In this document: piece by piece, positions 53,495-64,000 of the stretch
Layout: every line of letters begins with the position of its first letter
How positions within the stretch are numbered: position 1 is the first letter of the stretch
Virus record (IMG/VR): IMGVR_UViG_3300028591_000168
Coordinates: 15,563 to 79,562 of that record
Origin: a virus
Lineage: Duplodnaviria > Caudoviricetes
Direction: 5' to 3' (one strand)
Length of the DNA stretch: 64,000 nucleotides
Position numbers and translations under genes: made by a program
Notes under the pieces: generated by a model
What the model was told of the DNA's origin: nothing
Seen by the model: the letters and a program-made list of their open reading frames with translations, nothing else
The model's database searches: none

Positions 53495-55255
53495 GTGATA
53501 AGACAGCCTATCTGTGTTATCAGAACGTTTAACGACAGTATGTTACTAAAGGTTAACGGTTTTGAAGAAGGTTTTTCTGTCATATGTTGGCAGAAAGAAA
53601 ACGTAGGTACACGATATCGTGCGCAGCTTGTACGGTCTACTGTTATTATCAGTAACTTGTCAGAAGGATCTTTCTTCTTCTACCTTGAAAATCCTGATAC
53701 TAAGGAAACAACGATAATACAACAAGTTTACGTCAGAAGAGAAACACCTTCTTTTATTGTTAACCGACTTTGGAACAGTGCAAAATTGGATAATACACCA
53801 TACAACATTTCTCTTAAAAGATCTTTGATATCAGCCTTAGAAGAAGATCCGACACAGTCATTGCTAACAATTCTGTATAACAAGTTTTGTGCTATTGTTG
53901 ATCTTGAAGACTTTGAAGAGAAAGTTTTTTACCGGCTTTGCGCACATCAAGAAGCTTACGAAAATCTGTTAAACGGTGCAGCCAATAATGACGGTGTAGG
54001 TTTTCCCAAACTTACCGTTTTGCCAAATCCTATTATTCAAGGTTCTGACAGTATTTCTGATATCAAGGTTTATAAGGTAGAAAAAAACAACAAGATTGCG
54101 ATATCACGCTGTTTGTTTGAAGACGGTATCGTAACTTTACCATTATCTTTAGGTCTGTTTGAGATTCACCTTGTAAAAGGTCCTTACCTTTTTAACGTTA
54201 TGTATCATTGTAACTTGTCAGATAACACTATGTCTTGGTTGTGGGAGGATTACCGAGATCGTAACCTTAACTACCTTGATCTTGTAGAAGACGATATCAC
54301 CTTATCTGCTAACCTTGAGGATTTTACAAAAGAAGAAGCCAAACAGTACAAGGAAGAACTTGGTATAACGCCTGCCAATCCTTTCATTCCGCGTATTAAG
54401 GTTGTAGAAGAAGATTATAGTCGTACTGTACAACTGCAGATATCAGGGATAGCCATAGCTAACGCGTCAACGCACACCTTCTTTGTAGCAGGACAAGATA
54501 TCGAGTTTTTGGCAGAAAATAACGTTATGAATGAGATTATTCCTTTGGTAGGAAAGAGCAATGTCGTTACCGTATCTTTTAATCCTGCAACAAGTTTGTT
54601 TGATACCAGCGCCTTGCTTTACGTTGCTGACGAGAACGGTAAAGCTGTGTCAAGAGTTACCCGTTGTCTGTTTGACAGTAACGTTGATACTAATCTTTCG
54701 TCTTACTACGAAAAGATAAGGGTATCAGAGATTAAAACTTACGGTAAGCATCTTGAAACTAACGTTACGGCTTCTTACCCTATTGCGCTGTCTTACGTAC
54801 AAGAAGTTATAGAAAGCGCACTTAACAATGAAGACGTTACTATAGATAACCTTGTGCCTTTCTTGTTAGAAAAGGCAGCGTTAGCACCTGGTGATATCAG
54901 CAAGGATCAACTGTGTATTGAGATTATGAAAGACTTTATAACTAACTCTTACTATAACGTTTCTTTCTTCTCAGGTAATGGCATTTCTTGGAATCCGATC
55001 ACTCATAAAGTAACGGGTGAACCTTCTGATACCGGATATCTGTTGTGTGTTATAGCTAACTTTGACGGGGTCAACGGTTACTCTCTACACTACGTGCACA
55101 GCTTTGCAGATCAAGCGTTAGAACTTTACCTTGAACAGAGAGGTTACTTCGTTGTTTTTGCGATATCAGACTATGACTACACAATGTCAGGATTCCTTTA
55201 CGCCAACACCGACAATAACTTCTTCAAAACTTATCTTCTTGCAGGAGGGAAGTGA
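53495..55255 (+). CDS. hypothetical structural protein (586 aa)
   Basis: GAGGAGGTG RBS; within the tail module. Confidence 0.75.
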   Translation: MIRQPICVIRTFNDSMLLKVNGFEEGFSVICWQKENVGTRYRAQLVRSTVIISNLSEGSFFFYLENPDTKETTIIQQVYVRRETPSFIVNRLWNSAKLDNTPYNISLKRSLISALEEDPTQSLLTILYNKFCAIVDLEDFEEKVFYRLCAHQEAYENLLNGAANNDGVGFPKLTVLPNPIIQGSDSISDIKVYKVEKNNKIAISRCLFEDGIVTLPLSLGLFEIHLVKGPYLFNVMYHCNLSDNTMSWLWEDYRDRNLNYLDLVEDDITLSANLEDFTKEEAKQYKEELGITPANPFIPRIKVVEEDYSRTVQLQISGIAIANASTHTFFVAGQDIEFLAENNVMNEIIPLVGKSNVVTVSFNPATSLFDTSALLYVADENGKAVSRVTRCLFDSNVDTNLSSYYEKIRVSEIKTYGKHLETNVTASYPIALSYVQEVIESALNNEDVTIDNLVPFLLEKAALAPGDISKDQLCIEIMKDFITNSYYNVSFFSGNGISWNPITHKVTGEPSDTGYLLCVIANFDGVNGYSLHYVHSFADQALELYLEQRGYFVVFAISDYDYTMSGFLYANTDNNFFKTYLLAGGK

Positions 55256-57297
55256 TATCTAATATGGCTACCAATACTGCAATTTATGACTCAGAGATAA
55301 AAATATGGCAAGACAGACTTGAAACAGCAAGGACAGTACAAGACGTTGAAACCGCAAAGAACAAGCTGATATCACTGTTTACGGATAAGTGGAAGTCAGT
55401 TACAAGCATTTTCGATCTTGACATTGAGATAGAAAGGCGTCTTTACAAGTACAAGAGCGGTGATACTAATGAGCATATTAATCCTACTACTTACGCGCGC
55501 TGGAAAAGTGTTCTGCAACAGTATGGTAAAAGTGATTACGCATTGTTTTACGCACGAAACCTTATCAGTGTGTCAGATCAGACCGCTGCTATCAGGGCAG
55601 CAAGAAATAAGAAAGATCAACTGCAAGGCAAGACTACTGGTGACACAATAGCGTCTTCTACGGTAACAGAGACAGAACACCCTGAAGAAGACACAACCGG
55701 TACAGTTACCCGGAGCAGTGACGGAACTTACCGACTGTTAACACCTGCAGAAATTATGGCAGCGGCACCAAAAGTTAATATTGATCTCAGTAGTGCTAAC
55801 GCTACAGCACAAAAGACAGATCCGCGTCTTTTGGACAAACGTCCTGCGTGGATTGATACTAATATCGAACAAGCAAGAACCAAAACAGTAGAAGGCCTGA
55901 TATCAAACTCTGCTTATATCAAGAGATACTTCTCAGTTATTGACGCTGAAGTTTACTTCGGCAACGAGTATGTAGAAGATATTCACGATATTAACTGGTC
56001 TGTACAACAACAGGTTATGCCTTTGTTTGGTTTTAACTCATACACTTATGACGAAGTAGCACGGGGTAACAGGATAATCGTAGGTTCCTTCACTATTAAC
56101 TTTACCAACCCTAACTACTTGTTCTCTATTCTTAAGGCAGCTGACAAGGCTAACACAGCTACGGTATCAGCTATGGCCAGCTATAGCGTGCCCAAGCTTG
56201 ATAAGAGTAAAGTTACTAACCGTACGTCAGCTTACGGTGCAAGAGAAGCAGGACACAATACTTGTCTTTGGCCACAAACCTTTGATATCGATATTATCTT
56301 TGGTGAAAAAAGTGAGGCAGGCGATCCCGTACACGTTATTATCTTAGGCGTAGCCTTACAAAATTGTCAAACTGTACTTTCAGCAAGTGCAGCAGGATCA
56401 CCACCTGCTGTTATGGAACAATATAGCTTTATAGCACAAGATATCAGAACAGTTGTAGTATCAGAGAATGACGCTACAGGATATGACTTTACTAACTTAG
56501 GCAAGAGTAAAAAGAGTAACAGTAGCACTGCCAACACAGAACAGGGTAATAGTGATACTACAGACACGAAACAGAGTAATAATGATACCACAGATAAAGA
56601 TCAAGCTAAGGTTACTAACGCTGACGAAGACGATGAACTTACTTACGAAGAAGAACTTGCTATTTCTGAGGCAGAACAAGAAGCCGAAGGCGAAAAGGAA
56701 AAAGCTGACTGGGAAGCTTATCAGAAAGAAAAAGCTAAGGAGGCCGCTAAAGATGCTGAAAAACAAAAAGCAGAAGATAAAGATGAAACAAAAGAACCTA
56801 CTAAAGGAGTGTTACTTGGAAAAACACAAAAGACAGATGCAGCAAACAGTCAATTGACAAAAGCTATTGCTGAAAAGGTAAGTGAGGCCAAAAGTAAAGT
56901 TGATTACGTTGATATTGGAAAAGAATCATATGGTTCAGGAGAAGAGCGGCTCTCAGTAATATTAACTGCTAGTGGATATGTAGGCAAACCTATATCAGAT
57001 CCTGATCTCTGTGTATTGTTAGCAAGACAAAAAACAAATTTAAGTGTAGGAGAACCATTATCTGATACTGAAAAAGATACTTTGGATAAAGCATTAGTTG
57101 AAGCTTTAAATAGGGGTGAATATTTTAAATTTAAGGAGGGTGAAGGTCAAAGTTTTGAGGAATATAAGAATGGCGTAGCATTTGTATATTATTATGAATA
57201 TAACGGAAAACTTAGAGAAGGCTCTTGGATATATACGGAAGATGAAATACAACAATTATTATTACGTACTAATTCACATATGAATAAATCGCTTTGA
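55252..57297 (+). CDS. tail/baseplate protein with tail-tube-like domain
   Basis: YFSVIDAEVYFG...INWSVQQQVMPLFGFNS...RGNRIIVGSFTINF is tube-like. Acidic linker, then an AT-rich C-terminal domain. Confidence 0.7.
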   Translation: MISNMATNTAIYDSEIKIWQDRLETARTVQDVETAKNKLISLFTDKWKSVTSIFDLDIEIERRLYKYKSGDTNEHINPTTYARWKSVLQQYGKSDYALFYARNLISVSDQTAAIRAARNKKDQLQGKTTGDTIASSTVTETEHPEEDTTGTVTRSSDGTYRLLTPAEIMAAAPKVNIDLSSANATAQKTDPRLLDKRPAWIDTNIEQARTKTVEGLISNSAYIKRYFSVIDAEVYFGNEYVEDIHDINWSVQQQVMPLFGFNSYTYDEVARGNRIIVGSFTINFTNPNYLFSILKAADKANTATVSAMASYSVPKLDKSKVTNRTSAYGAREAGHNTCLWPQTFDIDIIFGEKSEAGDPVHVIILGVALQNCQTVLSASAAGSPPAVMEQYSFIAQDIRTVVVSENDATGYDFTNLGKSKKSNSSTANTEQGNSDTTDTKQSNNDTTDKDQAKVTNADEDDELTYEEELAISEAEQEAEGEKEKADWEAYQKEKAKEAAKDAEKQKAEDKDETKEPTKGVLLGKTQKTDAANSQLTKAIAEKVSEAKSKVDYVDIGKESYGSGEERLSVILTASGYVGKPISDPDLCVLLARQKTNLSVGEPLSDTEKDTLDKALVEALNRGEYFKFKEGEGQSFEEYKNGVAFVYYYEYNGKLREGSWIYTEDEIQQLLLRTNSHMNKSL

Positions 57298-57346
57298 CAG
57301 ATCGTAATATACTGTTAGTAAAAGAAAACAAGGAGGCATTTTCTCA

Positions 57347-57922
57347 ATGGAAAATACTAACGTTAACATAATCACTGCAGAACAGGCGCCGGAACCAATG
57401 CCTGTAGAAGAAGAAGCAAAACCGATATCAAGAAAGAGAAATACTCGCAGCAAGGTACAACAACCAATGTCAGAAGCTGATATCAACAATCTTCAACAAG
57501 AAGATCTTGAGGCTAAGAAACTACAAGACTCGGTTAATAAGGTGGTAGGACAGATGAAACAAAAACTTGGTTTGCCTGAGGATATATCTTCTATTGTCAG
57601 CAAACAACAGATTGACGCTTGGAAGTTACAGTATGGTGACCTTTATCGTACTCACCTTAACAATCAAAGTTTTATTTGGCACAAGGTAAGGCGTAAAGAC
57701 TATGTTGAACTTATGACAGATCCTGAGATATCAGCTATTGAAAACCAAGAACTGCGTATCTTCTTCAGACAGGAAAAGATAACAAAGCAGTGTGTTCTTT
57801 ATCCTGACGCAGATACTCTTGAACGGTTGATCGAGAATAATGCAGGTATAGCAGGCAACATATCTGACGAGATAATGATGATTAGCGGCTTCAGACCTGT
57901 AAGTACAGAACAAATTGACTGA
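57347..57922 (+). CDS. putative tail assembly chaperone 1
   Basis: WKLQYGDLY...FIWHKVRRKDY; position before the tape-measure-like gene. Confidence 0.6.
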   Translation: MENTNVNIITAEQAPEPMPVEEEAKPISRKRNTRSKVQQPMSEADINNLQQEDLEAKKLQDSVNKVVGQMKQKLGLPEDISSIVSKQQIDAWKLQYGDLYRTHLNNQSFIWHKVRRKDYVELMTDPEISAIENQELRIFFRQEKITKQCVLYPDADTLERLIENNAGIAGNISDEIMMISGFRPVSTEQID

Positions 57923-57940
57923 TAAAGGAGCTGATATCTT

Positions 57941-58753
57941 GTGAACACAACTATCAGCACTGCACCCCCTGAGGTTGACCTGACCGATATCTTCTTTGAT
58001 CTTAAGGAAAAACACCGTAACGTCTTCATTCAACAGTTTGGCAGTCTAATCATTATCTATCGTTCAATAGGTCGCAAAGAGTACAGAACCATTGTTGACG
58101 ACAAAGTTATGAACGACTTTCAAAAGGAAAACGTTATCTGTGAGATTTGTACGCTTTACCCGCAGAAGCTTAACTTTAACGAGCTTGACGCCGGTATTCC
58201 TACCAAACTTGCTGATATGATAATCAGGAATTCTTTTCTTGACAGCATTGAGGCAAGAAGAGATCTTCTTGGTTACTACAGAGCACAAATGTATGATCTT
58301 GATAACCAGATATCGTGTTTGATCAATGAAGCTTTTCCCCAGTATGATATCGAAGATATTGAAGAATGGGACGTTGATAAAACTACCAAATACTTGTCAA
58401 GGGCTGAATGGAAACTTCATAATCTTAGGGGGCTTCAATTTGTAGAACCGGAGGGTGCTTTTGGTGGACAAGCAGAAACACAACAAATTGCAAGGGAAGA
58501 ACCGCGACAAAGACAAGAAAGTCGGCGCGTACAAGAAAACAATGACAGAAGGTCAGCTTCTGACGTTTCTATTCGGGGCCAAGACAAAGGAGCGTCTAAG
58601 CTCACCCCGGAAAAACTAAAAGAAATGGAAGAGTTTGCTAAAAAGTTCCCTGAACTTAACGTCTTTGAGGATAACGCACTTAAGGAGGGTATTAACGGTT
58701 TACGTGGTGAAGGCACGTTACCGCCTGCCCTTAAAACACCAAGTATGTGGTAA
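57941..58753 (+). CDS. putative tail assembly chaperone 2 (paralog of chaperone 1)
   Basis: LKEKHRNVF...IIYRSIGRKEY...C.LYP...DAGIPTKLADMI parallels the previous gene. Confidence 0.6.
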   Translation: MNTTISTAPPEVDLTDIFFDLKEKHRNVFIQQFGSLIIIYRSIGRKEYRTIVDDKVMNDFQKENVICEICTLYPQKLNFNELDAGIPTKLADMIIRNSFLDSIEARRDLLGYYRAQMYDLDNQISCLINEAFPQYDIEDIEEWDVDKTTKYLSRAEWKLHNLRGLQFVEPEGAFGGQAETQQIAREEPRQRQESRRVQENNDRRSASDVSIRGQDKGASKLTPEKLKEMEEFAKKFPELNVFEDNALKEGINGLRGEGTLPPALKTPSMW

Positions 58754-58788
58754 CTTTTGATATCAACACGAGAGGGTGATATCAAACA

Positions 58789-61759
58789 ATGATGGATAGA
58801 GCCTATTACCGTGCTAACGAGGAGGATGGTAATCCCGTATCTAACGCCTTAAAAGGTGTAGCTGTAGCAGGTGTTGCAGGTTTGGTTATGGCATACCAGC
58901 CATGGGGCAGAAAAGCTACACGTTTTTTAGGACGTGTTGTTGACACAACAAAAAGCACCTTGAAGAGTATGGAAAGCATAAGACAAGGTGCGAGTATAAG
59001 ACATTACACAAAAACTGACTTTAAAAAACTATATGACGAGATTAACACTAACTGGGCTGCGTCAGAAGCTGTTGTAGATCGTCTTGCTCTTAACAAAAAC
59101 AATAACGGATCTTTGGCAGCTTATATCAGGTCAGTAGAAATTACGGTAGCACAAGCAAGAGAGAGAGCTAAGGAAGTATGGGTTAGAGACTACCTGCAGC
59201 AAGATGCCGTTGACGAACTGCTGCAGCAGAACTTTGACCGCGCTACTACAGATAACGTTAAAAGCTTTCTTAGTAAGGCAGTACAGAACGCAACTAACTA
59301 CGCTCGCAATATGGAGATTGCAAGACAACACAAGCTTAAGGATGACGCCCTTGACTTTGCCGATCGTATGTCACAAAGGATTAAGCAACGCTACGATCAA
59401 GCTGTCGTAACAGGGACAGGACATGACGCTGATATCATAGAGAAGATTAAAACCAGTGTAGAAGGCGAACTAAGGAACAGCGCTTACAGTCTTGAAACAA
59501 TGGAACGTGCTCTCGGTACAGCAAGGAAACCTGACGTTGCTACCGAAGCGGTAGAAATTTTAAGCCACGCTCATAAGATGACTTGGAAGGAAGCCAAGGA
59601 TCTGGGTGCAACGTTACAAGATGATACTTTTATAACAGGAGGAAAAAGGATTTCGATCAAGGCTAAAATGCAAGATATCGAAGATTTTATTCTTGACAGA
59701 GGCGGCAATGACGCTTACGATCGTCTAATGCAGATCACTATTGACGAGAGTAATCTTTTTATGACCCATGACAAGAATCCTTTTTCTAAAGAAACAAGCG
59801 GAAATCTGTGGCTAAACTTTTTGGGCGCTGCCCGTAATACTTTACCCGGTAAACTTTTTAAAGTAGGCGACATTGATAACGCCCTTAAAATACCTGCTGT
59901 ACAGTTGATATCATTATCGGCAAGAGACGACGTATTCAGAGCAAAACTTAAAAAGATAGGGGAAGAAGATAAGTATCATTTCAGAATAGGTAAGGATATT
60001 TTTACACTTGACATTAACGCGCAACAAGGTGCACGAGTATCCTTTAATCAAGAACTTAATAACGGTGATATCAAGTTTGTGTCAGGACGTTACGGTTTCT
60101 ACCATACCCAGCTTGAGGCACTGGCAGGAAGAACAAAAATGGTTCCTGCAGGTAACGAATTGTTTAGAAAACTTGATATCTTTCAAGACAGAGAAGAGTA
60201 CACCGGGTCTGTTATAACAGACAAACTGTCAATGTTTATCGGTGAAAATCAGAGACAAAGACGTTTCGAAGAACAACTTGAAATGTCTTCTGAGTATAGA
60301 CAAAAATGGTCTAACGCTGTAGCTGACCTTCACCATTTTTCTCGTTTGTCTGCACCTGACTTTAGAACAGATCTTTCTGAGGAAACAAAAGATTTTGTTC
60401 TTGAGTATATGGAAACAGCCAAAAAGATATCAGAGCTTTTCAGGACAAATACTTATCACCCTATTAGAGGTATTATAGAAGAACTTATACAAAGTCCTGT
60501 TATTAACCCAAAAAGTAGAGAACTGTTTGAGTTATTGTTAAGAGATAATACAGAAGAAATGACAAAATACTTTATAGGCAGGGGTGCTCGTGGCCTTCTT
60601 AACGTTAGAACGTCGGCAGCTACTGTACCTGTTAATTACCTTAACAATGACTTACAAATTCTCATAAGAGGTACTGTCAATAATCCTGAGATTACACAAA
60701 ACAGAATAGATCTTGTTACTAACGAACTCAGACTTTCTTACGGTTCTGACTTCATAAACCTGTTCAGGACCCCAATGACTAACACTACCTATACCTATGG
60801 CGATATCATAAGACGTGAAATAGCCAAGGAAGCATTGCTGAGACAAGGTCTTGACACAAGCGTACCCGGTGAAGTTAAAGTTCACTACGATCAAATTAAC
60901 GAACTTTTACAGAGCGTTGATCTGTCAGAACGTAATGCTAAAGAGATAGACAAACTTGCACAATTCAGCATATGGCAACACTTTACGGGCGTTAACAAGA
61001 GACCCGCTGTAGATAACGCCATGTACTTGGATTATATGCAAAGGATGAACAGAACTGATGAGCTGTTGCGTGGTACAAGTGACGTTGCCAAAAAGTTCCA
61101 AGATACTTATCGTACCGTTATGGGTGACGAGATATCATGGCTTGAAGAAGAAGCAGCTGACGCAGTAGCAGGTGTAGAACAACTTGATGATTACGTTGTA
61201 GTCAACAGAGCTGCCGGTCCCCTTGATATCGTTAAAGGTCTTGCCAAGTCAATTTTGGAACGTGACACAAGCTTGATCAAGAAAGAGATATCTAACGTTA
61301 TAGGCGGTTTAACTGCAAATCGAGAGGATATGTCTCAAGCTAATCTGTGGACTTTTGTACCGTTCTTTACAATGAAACGCCTTTCTGACGAACTTAACAA
61401 AGTAGGCTTAGGTTTTTCGTCAGACAGTATGAAAAGTACAGGTGACTTGGCAGCAGCTTTTATGTTGAAAAGAGTATTGCCTATAGCAGTAGGCGCTACT
61501 TACCTTGACTGGTCTGACGACGTTACCAAAAGAGCTACAGGTACAGGTCTTTGGGAAGCTTTTACAAGTGGTGTCGCTAACGTTGACTTAGCAGGACGCA
61601 GGGTGATATCAAACCTGGGTCTTGACGAATGGCTTAAACAAACCAAGGCTGTTAATCCCATATGGCAGTACTGGGGTGACAAAGACGATTACCAAGGTTA
61701 CGAAGAAAGAAAGGAATATTACGAAGAAGGTTATGTTCCCGTAAGAAAAGCTGCTTGGT
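58789..61759 (+). CDS. tape-measure-like giant virion protein, exon 1
   Basis: Long helical ORF after the chaperones; continues after an intron. Confidence 0.7.
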
Positions 61760-62023
61760 CAGTTGGCCACGCTGCGTAGTAATACGCAGATGAAAAATCG
61801 CGGTATTAAGCTGGAAACCTGAAATGGTAATCAGAACCGAAGGCTAATTTCAGATTAGTCAGGGGCAACGCATAGCAAATGAAAAGATATAACTTTGCCA
61901 AGAGACCGCGACACGCTAATACCTTTAACGGATAAAGATATTAGCGTGAAAAGATATGCTGAACTCACAGAAACAGTAACTGTGAGAACTAAAGGATAAA
62001 AAGCCTTTAGGATAACAAAATTG
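61760..62023 (+). mobile_element. group I intron TMP-I1 (264 nt, no ORF)
   Basis: Exon ends UGGU, which pairs with GCCA. R GGGGCAACGCAUAG, S AAGAUAUGCUGA; ends G. Restores RKAAW|WTWGG. Confidence 0.85.
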
Positions 62024-64000
62024 GGACATGGGGCGGCATAGCCGAAGCCCGTGGCGGCGAAATTCAATACTGGGAACCTAACATTGTCAGACGTGCAAGT
62101 CACGCGTATAAGGATGCGTCACTGTACGGCAACAATATGTGGGACAAGTGGAGTCATAGTTTAATACCTACACCTACCAATCCGCTATCACCTTTGTTTG
62201 CTGTCCTTGATCCTTACTGGATGGAACGTGAACATAAGCAAGATCGTCCTTATCCGATATCAGGCCCAATGTTCACTGAAGGTACACCTTGGGGGGCTGT
62301 CCTTAATCCTACGATAGGGCGTCTTATCAAACCAGAAAGAGAAGAACACTCGTTAAGGTTAAGACACGGTATCGATATCGTTTCACTTTTACACAATGCT
62401 AACGTCTCTATCAGAGAACGTGCTCGTGACTTTACAAGTACACATTACTTGTCTATCAAGGGTAAAGAAGTTACCGCAGTAGACTTTAACGTTTGGAATG
62501 CACCTACTCCCGACACCAGTGTGATATCAGTACAAGCTACCAGTGGTGGTCTTGCTACAGTAAGATCAGGAACTTACGGTATTTACGGCAGTGGTGACAG
62601 GGGATACGGTATCGGATCAGCAGGCGGCAGTGCAATGGGATCTTACACTGCGCACGATCTTGGAAGAGCACTTGGCGGCGGCTACGATCAAAACGTAATA
62701 GCCGGCTTTAACGAACTTTCACAAGATCCCCAAGCTAACGCACACTTAATGGCGCACTCTGAACGTTACACTATTCCTGAGCTTGCAAGACAAGCCTTGT
62801 TTGGTACGTCAGATTACCTTGTAAGACACGGTGACGTTGTAGTTAACGAAGAAGGAAATCTCGGTATTTACCATAACAGACCTTTATCCAAAATTAAAGG
62901 TGACGAGTTTAACCCCTTAGAAAAAATCGCTATCAGCTCTGTAGTCAGCCCTGTAGCAAGAGAAGAAAAACAAACGATCCTTGAGATATCAAAACAGTTT
63001 GATCCTTATAATACTGTAGCTAAGATAAACAAGGGAATTATAGCTGCTGCAAGAGAACACGTAGACAGTCCTTACGCTGTTGACGATAACGAAGGATTTA
63101 CGAGCACAGAAAAGCTTGGATCTTTTAATCCAAGTATGTCTATGCAACTTCTTGAAGATCCTGAAGCAGTAGCAGATCTTATGGCACAAGGCAATGGTGC
63201 GTCGTTTGTTCGTAACGCAAGTACAAGTTTAAGGCTTATAGGCGGTATCTACGGTTACATGGGATCTGAAGCTGTAGGCTTTGGCGTCCATAACGAAAAA
63301 CAGATTGCCAATTCCTCTGATATGTATAACTTCACAAGGACATTTTGGGATCTTAATCTTGGTGGTTTTGGCGGTGCCGTCTCAGAAATAGGACGTCGTT
63401 TTATTCCTAACTATCAACGTTTAACTAAAGTTAACCCACTTATGAATAATATGCCTGACTGGTTACCGGAAAGGTTCAGATATGGAGACGCATTTTCCCT
63501 TATTCCGAAAGGTGAAATGAGATTACCCGGTGCAGGTTACGAAGAAGGTAACGAACTGCACCCTGACGCTTACGGAGTTTACGGATCTTTTGACCGTTTT
63601 AAGATTCTTGCTGATATCGCACCTCACAGTCCTGAGTATAGACTATGGCGTGAGATAGCAAAGAAGACGGTAACTGACCCTGAACTTCTGCGGGAAATGA
63701 AAGATATCCAAAAGCGTGCACAACAACAAGGTAAAAAGCACGATTTCTATCCTTACAAACTTGCAGGTGAAAACTTATCTCGCAGTAACTTCTTAATGTC
63801 TGCTTTTAACGCTAAAGATATCAACTATCAGAACGTTGTGATATCAGAAGTCCTTGGTAATGGTAAGTTCAGGTCAGGCGGCACTGTTTACAAAATGGCA
63901 GGCATTACCGTTAAAGGTAATGGTGAAGAAACAGCACAAGAAGTATTACAAAGATATCTTACACCGGGACAAGAAGTTACAATAGCTGTAGATACCAATA
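62024..64000 (+). CDS. tape-measure-like protein, exon 2 (runs off the window; absent from ORF track)
   Basis: Read codon by codon, the frame starting at 62026 has no stop to 64000 (W-TWGGIAEARGG...NPLMNNMPDWLPERFRYGD...). Confidence 0.85.

Noticed and set aside
57347-58753. Programmed frameshift between tail chaperone genes (lambda G/GT type)
   Set aside because: The second gene has its own RBS (AAGGAG) and looks like a full paralog. No convincing slippery site was identified.
1-64000. Stop-codon recoding (alternative genetic code) to explain the broken structural genes
   Set aside because: Very long ORFs are open in code 11, all three stops are used, and every break coincides with a recognisable intron.
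1-64000. tRNA, rRNA, integrase or IS elements
   Set aside because: No cloverleaf with T-loop and CCA features, no rRNA-like tract and no recombinase or transposase motifs were noticed by eye.

Overview
This is a 64-kb segment of a large contractile-tailed (myovirus-like, probably jumbo) phage. AGGAGG-type RBSs and sigmaA-type promoters suggest a Firmicutes/Bacillota host; that is inference, and no host can be named from sequence alone. The left arm (1-13.3 kb) is minus-strand accessory DNA. It holds four tandem HExxH metalloprotease-like genes, a family of four genes sharing an unnamed domain (one fused to a zeta-toxin-like kinase), and five small hydrophobic peptides faced by convergent antisense promoters. 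It also holds EIGHT same-strand twister ribozymes with clear compensatory base changes, plus several unnamed repeated RNA/DNA motifs. The right arm (13.5-64 kb) is the plus-strand morphogenesis module: a 2212-aa RecJ fusion, terminase, portal, protease/scaffold, capsid, neck, sheath, tube, chaperones and a tape-measure-like protein. These genes are interrupted by seven group I introns and one RT-encoding group II intron. The tail tube gene alone is split by four introns into 60/57/23/52/489-nt exons, and one of those introns appears to end in A rather than G. The palindrome GATATC is strongly over-represented. The best candidates for a new system are the twister-delimited peptide/antisense cassettes at 7.3-8.9 kb and the four-intron tube gene. 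All calls come from manual reading with no database searches. No tRNA, rRNA or CRISPR array was seen.
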